Source: a bacterium
Lineage (GTDB): Bacteria; Joyebacterota; Joyebacteria; Joyebacterales; Joyebacteraceae
Length of the DNA stretch: 41,443 nucleotides
Assembly (NCBI GenBank): GCA_025774645.1
Contig: JALGVN010000006.1
Location: forward strand, 1 to 41,443
Reading direction: 5' to 3'
Both the position numbers and the translations under genes were made by a program. The notes below the pieces were generated by a model. The model had not been told where the DNA came from. It was given only the letters and a program-made list of their open reading frames with translations, and made no database searches. Positions 25,557-35,194 of this stretch are shown here, piece after piece. The stretch's first letter is position 1; each line of letters starts with the position of its first letter.

Positions 25557-27248
25557 CCAGCTTGCGACGATCCGGTCTATCTCAAGCCGCAGGAGACGCA
25601 CAAGTACAGTATCGGTCGCTGCACTATTCCGTAGCTCGAGCGGGTCGCTCACGAGGTCGTAGAGTTCTTCGTCTCCCGTCGGCCTTCGGATGAGCTTCCA
25701 TCTCCCCACTCTGACGGCTCGTCCCTCGGCGGTCCCATGCGGGTTCGCGTCGATGATCAGCGGGACCTCGTCCTTCGCACCGCCATCGAGAAGAGCCGTC
25801 AGGCTCCGGCCGAAGACACCGTCGAACCGAGCTCCGTCGATCACCGGTCCCGGGACCTCTGAGATCCCGGACAGCTCGATCAGGGTGGGAGCGATGTCCA
25901 TCGTGCTCACCTGGTCCGGCACCACCCGGGCGTCCACGAGCCCCGGGCGCCAGATGACCAGCGGCACGCGACAGACCTCCTCGTAGACGTCGTAGTGTCC
26001 GAACCACAGCGTCGGTCGGAGCCGCTCCTCGCTGATGTGCTCGCCGTGATCCGACGTGACAACCACGATGGTCTCCTCCATCTCCCCCGCCTCATCGAGC
26101 GCGTCGAGAAGCCTCCCGACCGACGTGTCGACGTGCCGGATCTCGGAGTTGTACGCGCGCGACGCCAGCTCAGCGAGTTCCCCGAGACGCGCATCCGGAA
26201 GCTCCGCCATCTCCTCGTCGCGAATCTTTCGGAAGGCCACCCCGGGTTCCTCGTGCAGCACGTAAGGATGGTGCGGGTCGTAGAAGTGAACCCAAAGGAA
26301 GAACGGGCGCCCGTCGTCCGCGAGGATCCAGTTCGCTGCGCGCTCGCTGGTCTCTCCGGCTTCACGCTGTCGCTTCATTACCCGGCCCGGGAACGCCTTC
26401 GCCGCGCGACGCCACCCTGCGTGATAACCGAACCGGTCATTGTCATCCGTGTCGAAGTAGTCCGTGAACCCCTGGCTCAACCCGGACATGTAGCCGTCGA
26501 GGTGCCTCACGCTGACGGCAGCACCGGTGCGGTATCCGGCGGCAAGGAAGACCTCTGCCAGTGTGGTGGCGTCGCTTCCGAGCTGGACTGCGTTTCTCAC
26601 GACGCCGTGCTCGAAGGGGTAGAGCGAGGTCATGATCGAAGCGTGGCTCGGATCGGTCGTGACCATCGGGACTACTGCGGCGTTGAAGCGAGCGCCTGCG
26701 AGCGCCAGGCCGTCGATCACGGGTGACGTGCCGAGCCCGTCGAGCCGCGGTCCTCGGTCCGGCGGGTAGCCGTAGCAGCCGAGGCGGTCAGCCCGCAGCG
26801 TGTCGATGGTGATCAAGAGGACGTTCCGCGCGCCGTCGCGAGACGACTCCCCCGGCGGCACACCCGGCCCCGCCCCCATCGACCCGAAAAGGACCCCCCA
26901 TCCGACGGCGCCGAGAACGGCCAGACAGAGGAGGGTGATCGACACCACCCGGCGACTGACGGAGCGACGCCGGATCGGAGAGAGCCCGACCATGCTCTTC
27001 ACAACCCTCCACACGAGGATGAAGAGCGCCGCGGCCGTCGCGATCATGGCCAGGTGTCCGAGCGCGTGGCCGACGGAGTCGAAGAATCGGCTCTCGTAGA
27101 CCGAGCCCCAGTAGCCGATGAGGAGGAACGCCGTTCCCGAAGCCAGCGCCGCCGAGGCGACGTGTCTCCGTCGCAGGACGAGTGCGATCAGCGACAGGAT
27201 GATCCCGAGCCCGCATCCCGCGACTGCGTACCACAGCGCCGGGATCAC
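25485..27248 (-). CDS. polytopic membrane protein with sulfatase-fold (AlkP superfamily, LtaS/EptA-like Thr-nucleophile type) domain and LRALGYIN tail
   Basis: 587 aa. At least 4 N-terminal TM helices, then LLITIDTLRADRLGCYGY and VPMVTTDPSHASIMTSLYPFEHG, where the sulfatase C/S-x-P-x-R box reads T-D-P-S-H. TSDHGEH is present. GTG start at 27248, but see the finding on upstream coding signal. Confidence 0.8.
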   Translation of the reverse strand: MIPALWYAVAGCGLGIILSLIALVLRRRHVASAALASGTAFLLIGYWGSVYESRFFDSVGHALGHLAMIATAAALFILVWRVVKSMVGLSPIRRRSVSRRVVSITLLCLAVLGAVGWGVLFGSMGAGPGVPPGESSRDGARNVLLITIDTLRADRLGCYGYPPDRGPRLDGLGTSPVIDGLALAGARFNAAVVPMVTTDPSHASIMTSLYPFEHGVVRNAVQLGSDATTLAEVFLAAGYRTGAAVSVRHLDGYMSGLSQGFTDYFDTDDNDRFGYHAGWRRAAKAFPGRVMKRQREAGETSERAANWILADDGRPFFLWVHFYDPHHPYVLHEEPGVAFRKIRDEEMAELPDARLGELAELASRAYNSEIRHVDTSVGRLLDALDEAGEMEETIVVVTSDHGEHISEERLRPTLWFGHYDVYEEVCRVPLVIWRPGLVDARVVPDQVSTMDIAPTLIELSGISEVPGPVIDGARFDGVFGRSLTALLDGGAKDEVPLIIDANPHGTAEGRAVRVGRWKLIRRPTGDEELYDLVSDPLELRNSAATDTVLVRLLRLEIDRIVASWADIETPELDEETREMLRALGYIN

Positions 27249-27477
27249 AAGGAAGGAGACGTACGATCGTGTGGTGTGGAAGTAGTACGAGTGCTGGAAC
27301 GCCCGGACGACGCTCTCGACCGCGCCGACCGCGAAGCCAAGGAGGCTCGTGGCCCCGGCGGCGAAGAGAACGTCTCTGCCGCGGGACGTCGTCGGAGCGG
27401 AGTCGCCACCCTCGCACGAGCGCTGGTGGGACGCGGTCGCAGGGTGGCGTCGACCTCTCTCAGAGGATCACCGTCGG

Positions 27478-29310
27478 CTAGCCACTGCTCTGTCCCGGGA
27501 CATCGTCGTCAGGCGGCTTCACCAGCTCAATCCCGAGCTCCTTCAGCACCGCGGGCTCGGCTTCGGACGGCGACCCGTCCATGAGCGAGAGGCCGCGGTA
27601 GGTCTTCGGGAACGCGATCGTGTCCCTGATCGAGTCCTCGTCCATGAGGAGCATGACGATGCGGTCGAGCCCGGGCGCGAGCCCGCCGTGCGCGAGCCCG
27701 CCGTGCGGAGGCGCACCGTAGTCGAGTGCCTTGAGGAGGAACCCGAACTTGCGCTCGGCGTCCTCCTTCGACATCCCGACGACGGCCATCACACGTTCCT
27801 GGATGTCCCGGCGGTGGATCCTGATCGACCCCGACGCGATCTCGAACCCGTTCACGACGAGGTCGTAGAGCTGGCCGAGGACCTTCCCGGGGTCGCTCTC
27901 CAGGAGGTCGAGGTCCTGGGCGCGCGGCATCGAGAACATGTGGTGCTCCGCTTCCCATCCCTCGCTCTCCTCGTTCCACGCGAAGAGCGGAAACTCCGTG
28001 ATCCACACGAAGTTGAAGACGCCAGGCTGCACGAGGTCGAGCTCGTCCCGGAGCACGAGCCGGAGCTTCCCGAGGATCCGGCTCGCCTTCTTCCGGTCGT
28101 GGGCGACGAAGAGGAGGAGGTCGCCGTCCGCGGCAGCCGCCCGCTCGATGACGGCCGCGCGTTCGTCGTCGGAGAAGAACTTGCCGATCCCGCCAGCGAG
28201 CGCGCCGCCGTCGACCTTCGTCCAAGCGAGCCCTTTCGCCCCCCACTTCTTCGCGAGCTCTTCCTTCTTGTCGATCTCCGACCTCGACCATCCGCCGCAG
28301 CCCGCCGCGTTCAGGCACTTGACCGCGCCGCCGCTCTCGATGACGGAGCGGAAGACGTTGAAGTCCGTCCCTCCGAGGAGATCGGTCAGGTCGACGATCT
28401 CGGTCCCGAACCGCGTGTCGGGCTTGTCGCTCCCGTAGCGCTCCATCGCCTCGCCGTAGGTGAGCCGCGGGAACGGGGTCTCGATCTCGTCGCCGCGTAC
28501 CGCGCGCCAGATCTCGACCATGAGTCCTTCGGCGACCTCGAAGATCTCGTCCTCGGTGACGAAGCTCATCTCCGTGTCGATCTGCGTGTGCTCGGGCTGC
28601 CGGTCGGCTCGCAGGTCCTCGTCGCGGAGGCAGCGCGCAATCTGATAGTAGCGGTCGCATCCGGCGACCATGAGGATCTGCTTGTACAGCTGCGGAGATT
28701 GGGGAAGCGCGTAGACCTTCCCGGGGTGCATCCGCGAGGGAACGATGAAATCGCGCGCGCCCTCGGGAGTCTTCTTCGCGAGCATCGGGGTCTCGATCTC
28801 GAGGAACCCCGCTCCGTTCAGGTAGGTCCTTGTCGCCGCGGCCGCCTTGTGGCGCGCCTCGATCAGCCGCTGCATGTGTGGTCGCCGGAGGTCGAGGTAG
28901 CGGTACTCGAGCCGGAGCTCGTCGCTCGCCTTGATCGGCTCCTCGAGCACGAACGGCGGTGTCAGCGACGCGTTCAGGACCTTGAGATCCGAGACGTGGA
29001 CGTCGATCTCTCCGGTGGGAAGCTCGGGGTTCGTCGTGCCCGCCGGTCGCTCGACGACCTCCCCGGTCACGCCGACGACGAACTCGGCGCCCAGGTGACC
29101 GCCGCGCTCGAAGATCGCCTCGTCCGCGTCGGGACGGAAGACGATCTGCGTGAGACCGTACCGGTCGCGGAGATCGATGAACAGGAGCCCGCCCAGGTTC
29201 CGACGCCGGTGGACCCAACCCATGAGGACGACCGACTTCCCGACGTCGCCCTTCCGGAGCTCGCCGCAGGTATGGCTCCGTTGGAGATCACCCATCGCGT
29301 CCAGCTTCAT
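27478..29310 (-). CDS. aspS: aspartate--tRNA ligase
   Basis: 610 aa. GWVHRRRNLGGLLFIDLRDRYG, QSPQLYKQ, FRDEDLRADRQPEHTQID and the GGLAxGLDR class II motifs are present. Confidence 0.95.
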   Translation of the reverse strand: MKLDAMGDLQRSHTCGELRKGDVGKSVVLMGWVHRRRNLGGLLFIDLRDRYGLTQIVFRPDADEAIFERGGHLGAEFVVGVTGEVVERPAGTTNPELPTGEIDVHVSDLKVLNASLTPPFVLEEPIKASDELRLEYRYLDLRRPHMQRLIEARHKAAAATRTYLNGAGFLEIETPMLAKKTPEGARDFIVPSRMHPGKVYALPQSPQLYKQILMVAGCDRYYQIARCLRDEDLRADRQPEHTQIDTEMSFVTEDEIFEVAEGLMVEIWRAVRGDEIETPFPRLTYGEAMERYGSDKPDTRFGTEIVDLTDLLGGTDFNVFRSVIESGGAVKCLNAAGCGGWSRSEIDKKEELAKKWGAKGLAWTKVDGGALAGGIGKFFSDDERAAVIERAAAADGDLLLFVAHDRKKASRILGKLRLVLRDELDLVQPGVFNFVWITEFPLFAWNEESEGWEAEHHMFSMPRAQDLDLLESDPGKVLGQLYDLVVNGFEIASGSIRIHRRDIQERVMAVVGMSKEDAERKFGFLLKALDYGAPPHGGLAHGGLAPGLDRIVMLLMDEDSIRDTIAFPKTYRGLSLMDGSPSEAEPAVLKELGIELVKPPDDDVPGQSSG

Positions 29311-29312
29311 CG

Positions 29313-30587
29313 CTACCTCTCTCCTGTTCCGGCGAGCTTCGCCGCGACCGCGGCGGGAGCGTCGTCGATCGCGACGTCCTCCTGATCACCGGTCTCCATG
29401 TTCCTCAGGACCGCCACGCCGCGCGCGAGCTCGTCTTCACCGACGATGAGGACGTAGGTGGCGCCGACCTTCGCCGCTTCCTTCATCTGCGCCTTCATGC
29501 TCCGTCCCTGGTAGTCGGCGTCGACGGCGAGGTCCTCCCTCAGAGCGGCCGCGATGGCGCTCTTCTTCGATTCGGCCGCGTCCCCGGCCGACACGATGTA
29601 GACGTCGGGTCCCGGCGCGCCCCCGGGGAAAGCGCCCTCGCCCTCGAGCGCCGCCACGAGACGGTCGACACCGCCCGAGACGCCGCACGCGGGAGTCGCG
29701 CCCCCACCGAGTTCCTCGACGAGATTGTCGTATCTCCCGCCGCCGCAGAGCGCACTCTGCGCGCCGAGCCCGGCGTGGTGGATCTCGAAGATCGTCTTCG
29801 TGTAGTAGTCGAGCCCCCTCGCCTGCGACTCGTCGACCGTGAAGTTGACCGACATCTCGCCCAGGAGTCGCTGCACGGCCCCGAAGTGCTCGCGGCACTC
29901 GTCACAGAGCGAGCTCAGGATCGACGGCGCCGTCCGGAGGATCTCGAGGCACGTCTCGTTCTTGCAGTCGAACATCCGCCGCGGATTGCGCTCGTACCTG
30001 ACCTGGCAGTCGGCGCAGAACTCGTCGAGCCTGGGGCCGAGCTCCTTCCTGAGGAGCTCGTTGTACGCGGGGGTGCAGTTCGGGCATCCGGCACTGTTGA
30101 CCCTGGCCTCCGCGCCCGCGAGGCCGAGGCTCTCGTGGAAGCTCACCGAGAAGTGGATGATCTCCGCGTCTACCGTCGGGTTCGGCGAGCCGATCGCCTC
30201 GAGCCCCCACTGCCAGAACTCGCGGTAGCGTCCGGCCTGCGGCCGTTCGTAGCGGAACATCGGCGCGAAGTAGCGGAGCTTCGTGACGGCCGCGCCGCGC
30301 CCCATGCTGTGCTCGACGTACGCGCGGACGACCCCCGCCGTGCCTTCCGGCCGGAGCGTGAGGCTCCTCCCCTTCTTGTCCTGGAAGGTGTACATCTCCT
30401 TCCGCACGATGTCGGTCGAGTCGCCGATGCCGCGCGCGAACAACTCGGTCTCCTCGAAGATCGGCACGCGGATCTCACGGTAGCCGAACCGTCGTGCGGT
30501 CTCTCGAAAGACCGCCTCGACGCGCTGCCACTTCCAGGTGTCGTCGGGAAGAAGGTCCCGCGTTCCTCTCGGAGCTTTGTACTTCAT
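29313..30587 (-). CDS. hisS: histidine--tRNA ligase
   Basis: 424 aa. APRGTRDLLPDD, YFAPMFRYERPQAGRYREF and GGGRYD motifs are present. Confidence 0.95.
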   Translation of the reverse strand: MKYKAPRGTRDLLPDDTWKWQRVEAVFRETARRFGYREIRVPIFEETELFARGIGDSTDIVRKEMYTFQDKKGRSLTLRPEGTAGVVRAYVEHSMGRGAAVTKLRYFAPMFRYERPQAGRYREFWQWGLEAIGSPNPTVDAEIIHFSVSFHESLGLAGAEARVNSAGCPNCTPAYNELLRKELGPRLDEFCADCQVRYERNPRRMFDCKNETCLEILRTAPSILSSLCDECREHFGAVQRLLGEMSVNFTVDESQARGLDYYTKTIFEIHHAGLGAQSALCGGGRYDNLVEELGGGATPACGVSGGVDRLVAALEGEGAFPGGAPGPDVYIVSAGDAAESKKSAIAAALREDLAVDADYQGRSMKAQMKEAAKVGATYVLIVGEDELARGVAVLRNMETGDQEDVAIDDAPAAVAAKLAGTGER

Positions 30588-30613
30588 CGTTCGATCACCC
30601 GAGTGCCGAGAGG

Positions 30614-31024
30614 TCAGGCCGCCCTGGCGGACCCGGCCCTGCTCGCCTTCCTTCTATTGAAGATGTTCGAGAGCCACAATCCCAGGAGGACCCCGACGGC
30701 ATCGCCGACCCAGTCGAGGAACTCGACGGCCCTCCCGGGCACCGTGTTCTGATAGAGCTCGTCGGCGGCGCCGATCGCGAAGCCCGTCGCGATCACGCAC
30801 GGCGCGAACCACCTGAGCCGGTCGGGCGAGAGCGTCTTTCTGTACGCAGCCGACAGGAGAAGCCCGAGGCCGGCGTACTCGGCCGCGTGGGCCAGTTTGT
30901 CAGAGAGCCGGAACACCGGAACCCGGAGGATCGACCCCGGGATCGATGACACGGCGAGGATCAACATCACGTACGCGATCGCCAGGATCCACGCCCGGCG
31001 CTCAGCCGCTCTCGCCGCGTCCAC
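30614..31024 (-). CDS. VanZ-like family membrane protein
   Basis: I place the start at GTG 31024, after a GGAGGGGGG SD. The longer track ORF would overlap ccsA. Motifs DKLAHAAEYAGLGLLL and DELYQNTVPGR...DWVGDAVG are present. Confidence 0.6.
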   Translation of the reverse strand: MDAARAAERRAWILAIAYVMLILAVSSIPGSILRVPVFRLSDKLAHAAEYAGLGLLLSAAYRKTLSPDRLRWFAPCVIATGFAIGAADELYQNTVPGRAVEFLDWVGDAVGVLLGLWLSNIFNRRKASRAGSARAA

Positions 31025-31065
31025 CCGTTCCCCCCTCCACTCCGAAGTCGGGTCCCCCGCGCGGC

Positions 31066-31881
31066 CTAGCCGTACGCGTGAAGACCCTCGAAGAACACGC
31101 TCCCGAGGATCGTGAAGATCGTCAGAGCGAAACCCGCGATCGAGAGCCACGCCGCTCCGGCGCCGCGCCATCCCCTGGCGAGCCGGGCGTGCAGGTAGAT
31201 CGCGTACACCAGCCAGACGATGAGCGAGCTCGTCTCCTTCGGGTCCCACGACCACGGAGTCCCCCAGGCCTTCTGGGCCCAGACCGCGCCCGCGAAGAGC
31301 GCGCCGATCGTGAAGAGCGGGAAACCGATTCCGATGGCCCTGTACGTGACCTGGTCCAGCTGGTCGGCGCTCGGGCCGCTCCCGAACCCCCGTCGTGCTC
31401 CGATGAGGTACATGATCGACGCGACGAAGGCCACGGCGAACGCGGCCTCCGCGAGCACAGCCAGCGAGACGTGTATCCACAACCAGTAGCTCTGAAGCGC
31501 CGGGATGAGCTGCTGCTCGATCGCGGCCGGAAAGAGCGACGCCACGACCATGATGCAGAACGCGACCGGCGCCGCGAAGACCGTCAGGAGCTCAAGCCCG
31601 GGCTTCTTCCAGATGAGGAGGAAGCCGAGCAACACCGCCCACGCGAAGAGCGACATGTACTCGAAGAGGTTCGTGACGGGAGGGTGGCCGGACAGGACGG
31701 TCCTTACGACGAGCGCGACCGTGTTCGCGGCGAGCCCCGCGACCGACAGCCAGAGGACGACCTTCCGGAGCGCGGGCTTCCTGAGGCCCGCGTAGACCGA
31801 CGCCGCCACCGTTGCACCCAGGTAGCAGCTGAACGCGATCCAGAAGTACATCATGTCGGGTCCGGAAATCACTGTTCTCAT
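31066..31881 (-). CDS. ccsA: cytochrome c biogenesis protein CcsA (system II)
   Basis: 271 aa, polytopic. The Trp-rich haem-handling motif WGTPWSWDPKETSSLIVW is present. Confidence 0.9.
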   Translation of the reverse strand: MRTVISGPDMMYFWIAFSCYLGATVAASVYAGLRKPALRKVVLWLSVAGLAANTVALVVRTVLSGHPPVTNLFEYMSLFAWAVLLGFLLIWKKPGLELLTVFAAPVAFCIMVVASLFPAAIEQQLIPALQSYWLWIHVSLAVLAEAAFAVAFVASIMYLIGARRGFGSGPSADQLDQVTYRAIGIGFPLFTIGALFAGAVWAQKAWGTPWSWDPKETSSLIVWLVYAIYLHARLARGWRGAGAAWLSIAGFALTIFTILGSVFFEGLHAYG

Positions 31882-31888
31882 CCTCCTC

Positions 31889-33118
31889 TTACGTCTTCGA
31901 GCGGCCCGCGCGCCCGCTCTTCTGCCCGCCGTCCGCCGCGCCGGCCGGTCGGCGCGTCCAGAACGTCAGGCAGAGGCCGAGCGACATCGCGATGAACCCG
32001 CCGAAGAGGAGCGGCGTGCCCGGCTGCCGCGCGAACTCGAACCTCGTGAGCGCGTGCTCGAAGTCCGGCCGGTAGTCCAGAAGGACGAACCGGCACGGGA
32101 GCCCGCCGTCGTCGTGTGCCGGGAAGGCTGCGAAGACCCACTGCTCACCGAGGACTTCGCCGTCCTCGGACAACTGAACCAGAACCGCCGGGTTGTCGTG
32201 CCACACGGAGGCAAGCGCGGCGGTTCGGCTTTCGATATCGTAGGTGAAGTGTGCCAGGAATTCCAGCACTTTGACGGAGTAGGCCGTGTTCGGAACCTCG
32301 ACTTCCTCGCCGAAGGCCGCGACGACGTCGAACGGTCCGCGCTCGCCGTGCGGCGTCGTCACGAAGACGCCGAGCACCGTGCTCTCGATGCTCGTCGCGG
32401 AGGGGAGCATCTCAAACTGATAGACGCCGACCCCGTTGTGAACGAGCGGGTGGTTCACCTCGATCCGCTGCGAGAGGAGATCCCGTCCGTCTTCGATCAC
32501 GGTGACCTCGGAGACGTACTCCGAGAGCATCCCCCTGTCGTTGAACTCGGTCCGCGCCGCGTCGACCCTGAGAGAGTACCCGCCCTCGGGAACGACGATC
32601 GCATCGCCCGCGGACAGGAAGCGCTCGGCCGGAACGCGGAACCCCGTGAGCGCAGTCACGAGCCCGCCCACGAGCACGACCACGATCGAGATGTGCGTGA
32701 GGAGCGACCCGAGCTTCCCGATCCTGAGACCCGAGGGAGTCCGGACGAGTCGCGCGATCCGGACGAACGAACACGTGATGACGGAGACACCGAGCAGGGT
32801 GACGATGATGAGGAAGTACCACGCGCCGAACACGTTCGAGAGACCCGAGCGCACGATGAACGCGCCGAGACCGGGACCGTGTTTGCCGACGTACGCCTCG
32901 AGCGGGAGGTTCTGGCCGATCAGGACTCCGGCCATCGAGAGCGCGGCGAGGACGGCGAGAAGAGTGATCGCGGTCTGCATCGACGCGAGCCACTTCCTGA
33001 AGCGCGGGTCGAACATCGCGAGCACGATCGCCGCGAGCGCGATACCCCACCATGCGAGTGCGTGCACTAGGAACTTCCCTTCTTCTCCGCGATCTTCGCG
33101 CGGATCCAGTCGATCCAC
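31889..33118 (-). CDS. resB: cytochrome c biogenesis protein ResB/Ccs1 (system II)
   Basis: 409 aa. The N-terminal region LASMQTAITLLAVLAALSMAGVLIGQ...NVFGAWYFLIIVTLLGVSVITC is typical of ResB, and the gene sits immediately upstream of ccsA. An alternative GTG start at 33067 would give a TAGTG junction with hypB. Confidence 0.8.
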   Translation of the reverse strand: MDRLDPREDRGEEGKFLVHALAWWGIALAAIVLAMFDPRFRKWLASMQTAITLLAVLAALSMAGVLIGQNLPLEAYVGKHGPGLGAFIVRSGLSNVFGAWYFLIIVTLLGVSVITCSFVRIARLVRTPSGLRIGKLGSLLTHISIVVVLVGGLVTALTGFRVPAERFLSAGDAIVVPEGGYSLRVDAARTEFNDRGMLSEYVSEVTVIEDGRDLLSQRIEVNHPLVHNGVGVYQFEMLPSATSIESTVLGVFVTTPHGERGPFDVVAAFGEEVEVPNTAYSVKVLEFLAHFTYDIESRTAALASVWHDNPAVLVQLSEDGEVLGEQWVFAAFPAHDDGGLPCRFVLLDYRPDFEHALTRFEFARQPGTPLLFGGFIAMSLGLCLTFWTRRPAGAADGGQKSGRAGRSKT

Positions 33119-33732
33119 GCGTCCATCCCGTCGCCCTTGAGGGCGGAGAGGCGGAGGATCTCGCAGTTCGGGTTCAGGACCTCGATCTCCTTCTGCACCT
33201 TCTCGATGTCGAACGGGAGATGCTCGAGGAGATCGATCTTGTTCAGGATCGCCAGGCTCGCCTCGAGGAAGATCGCCGGGTACTTCATGGGCTTGTCGTC
33301 GCCTTCGGTCGTCGAGAGGAGGACCATTCGGACGTCCTCGCCGAGGTCGTAGGTCGACGGACAGATGAGGTTCCCGACGTTCTCGATGAACACGATGTCG
33401 GCCGACTCGAGGTCGAGACCGCCGAGGACCTCCGCGATCATCCCGGCGGAGAGGTGGCAGCCGCCCCCCGTGTTGATCTGGATCCCGCCCGCGCCCCTGG
33501 CCCGCACCCGGTCCATGTCGCGCTCGGTGCTCACGTCTCCCTCGATCACGAGCACGTTCATCTCACCGGCAATCCGGTCGAGCGTCGACTCAAGGAGCGT
33601 CGTCTTCCCCGAGCCTGGGGAACTGATGATGTTCAGAACGAGGACACCCGCGTCCGTGAAGGTCCTCCGGTTCCCGGCGGCGATCCGGTCGTTCTCGTCC
33701 TGGATCTTTCTCTCGATGTCCACCTTGGTCAT
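33067..33732 (-). CDS. hypB: hydrogenase nickel incorporation GTPase HypB (no His-rich N-terminus)
   Basis: 221 aa. SSPGSGKTTLLE P-loop, ENVGNLICP and NKIDLL motifs are present. Confidence 0.9.
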   Translation of the reverse strand: MTKVDIERKIQDENDRIAAGNRRTFTDAGVLVLNIISSPGSGKTTLLESTLDRIAGEMNVLVIEGDVSTERDMDRVRARGAGGIQINTGGGCHLSAGMIAEVLGGLDLESADIVFIENVGNLICPSTYDLGEDVRMVLLSTTEGDDKPMKYPAIFLEASLAILNKIDLLEHLPFDIEKVQKEIEVLNPNCEILRLSALKGDGMDAWIDWIRAKIAEKKGSS

Positions 33733-34094
33733 GTCTTGGTCCCCCCGTTCGCTTCATCGATCTCAAGCTGCTTGATGTTGAGCTCGAGCCCGCTCTCGAT
33801 GCTGACGGACCGCGAGTCGCAGTTGGGGCAGCCGAATGCTATCTCCTCGTACCGAAAGCTCTCGCCGCAGTCGCGGCACTTGCCGACGATCGGAATCTCG
33901 TCGATGACGAGCTCCGCCCCCTCGTACGGCCCGCCGCTCGTGACGATGGCGAACGCGTCCTTGAGGAGGATCGGTTCGATCGTCGCGCCCTTCCCGATCT
34001 CGAGGAAGATCTTCTGGAGCTTCGCACCCGGGTGCTGCTCCATCGTCGAGTCAACGATCCTGATCATGCTCTGGCAGATGGAAAGCTCGTGCAA
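33729..34094 (-). CDS. hypA: hydrogenase maturation nickel metallochaperone HypA
   Basis: I place the start at TTG 34094 (M/L-HELSICQSMIRIV...), after a GAGGGG SD. CRDCG...CPNC zinc motif is present. The stop overlaps the hypB start (ATGA). The upstream part of the 283-aa track ORF is Arg-rich junk. Confidence 0.85.
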   Translation of the reverse strand: MHELSICQSMIRIVDSTMEQHPGAKLQKIFLEIGKGATIEPILLKDAFAIVTSGGPYEGAELVIDEIPIVGKCRDCGESFRYEEIAFGCPNCDSRSVSIESGLELNIKQLEIDEANGGTKT

Positions 34095-34168
34095 GTGGTT
34101 CCCCTCAACGTAACCGGACGTCGCCCGTCGGACCCGGCGCGCCCGCCGCGGGACCGGTGCGGGCCCGT

Positions 34169-35194
34169 CTAGCAGATGCGCGGGAGCTGGACGCCCTCGA
34201 GCATCACGATCGGCCGCGTTCCGCCCACCGCGGTGCGGAGGTAGACACCCTTCCTGCCTCCGACCTGCCCGATGACGGCGGCGTCCCTCCCGAGCGGGTG
34301 CGCGCGCATCGCATCGACGATGGCGCCCGCGTCGCTTCCGGGCGCGACGACGACGGCCTTGCCCTCGTTCGCCATGTAGATCGGGTCGAACCCGAGGATG
34401 TCGCAGACCGTCTTCACCTTGCGCTCGACCGGAATCGTCCGCTCGTCGATCGTGATCCCGACGTCCGCTCGCGACGCGATCTCGTTCAGCGTGGTCCCGA
34501 GCCCGCCTCGGGTCGGGTCGCGCAGAACGTGCACCTCGGGGCACGCCTCGAGCACGACGTCGACGAGGCCGTTCAGACACGCGCAGTCGCTCTCGATCAC
34601 TTCGTCCAGGTTGAGCTCCTCGCGCGCGACGAGGATCGCCGTCTCGTGATCGCCGAGCGTCCCCGATACGATGACGGCGTCGCCGTCGGCCGCCCTCTCC
34701 CCCGAGATCGTGACGCCCTCGGGAATCACGCCGACGCCCGCGGTGTTCAGGATGACGCCTCCGACGGTCCCGTGCTCGACGACCTTCGTGTCGCCCGCGG
34801 CGATCGCGACGCCGGCAGCCTCGGCCGTGCTTGCGATCGACTCGAGGATGCGTTCGAGATCGGCGATCGCGAACCCTTCCTCGACGACGAGCCCCAGAGT
34901 CAGGTACCGGGGCTTCGCCCCCTTCATGGACAGGTCGTTGACGGTTCCGGCGACCGCGAGCTTGCCGATGTCACCCCCCGGGAAGAAGAGCGGTTGGACG
35001 ACGTACGAGTCGGTCGTGAGCGCGATGCGGCCCCTGCCGATGGTCGCGCCGGTCAGGTCCGCGAGGTCCGCCGCGTCGTCGAGCGCGTCGAGGACGGGGT
35101 TCCCGAGCCTGGCGACGATGACCTCGGAGATGAGCTCGTGCATCAACGCCCCACCGCTTCCGTGGGCCAGTCTGATCTTCCCGTCGCGCTTCAC
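34169..35194 (-). CDS. hypE: hydrogenase expression/formation protein HypE
   Basis: I place the start at GTG 35194, after a GGAGG SD, giving a GTGA overlap with the hypD stop. IRLAHGSGG is present, and the protein ends with the diagnostic PRIC. Confidence 0.9.
   Translation of the reverse strand: MKRDGKIRLAHGSGGALMHELISEVIVARLGNPVLDALDDAADLADLTGATIGRGRIALTTDSYVVQPLFFPGGDIGKLAVAGTVNDLSMKGAKPRYLTLGLVVEEGFAIADLERILESIASTAEAAGVAIAAGDTKVVEHGTVGGVILNTAGVGVIPEGVTISGERAADGDAVIVSGTLGDHETAILVAREELNLDEVIESDCACLNGLVDVVLEACPEVHVLRDPTRGGLGTTLNEIASRADVGITIDERTIPVERKVKTVCDILGFDPIYMANEGKAVVVAPGSDAGAIVDAMRAHPLGRDAAVIGQVGGRKGVYLRTAVGGTRPIVMLEGVQLPRIC

Noticed and set aside
27349-29385. 678-aa plus-strand ORF and the 563-aa alternative minus-frame ORF opposite or within aspS
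   Set aside because: aspS motifs occupy the real frame. The alternatives are compositional artefacts.
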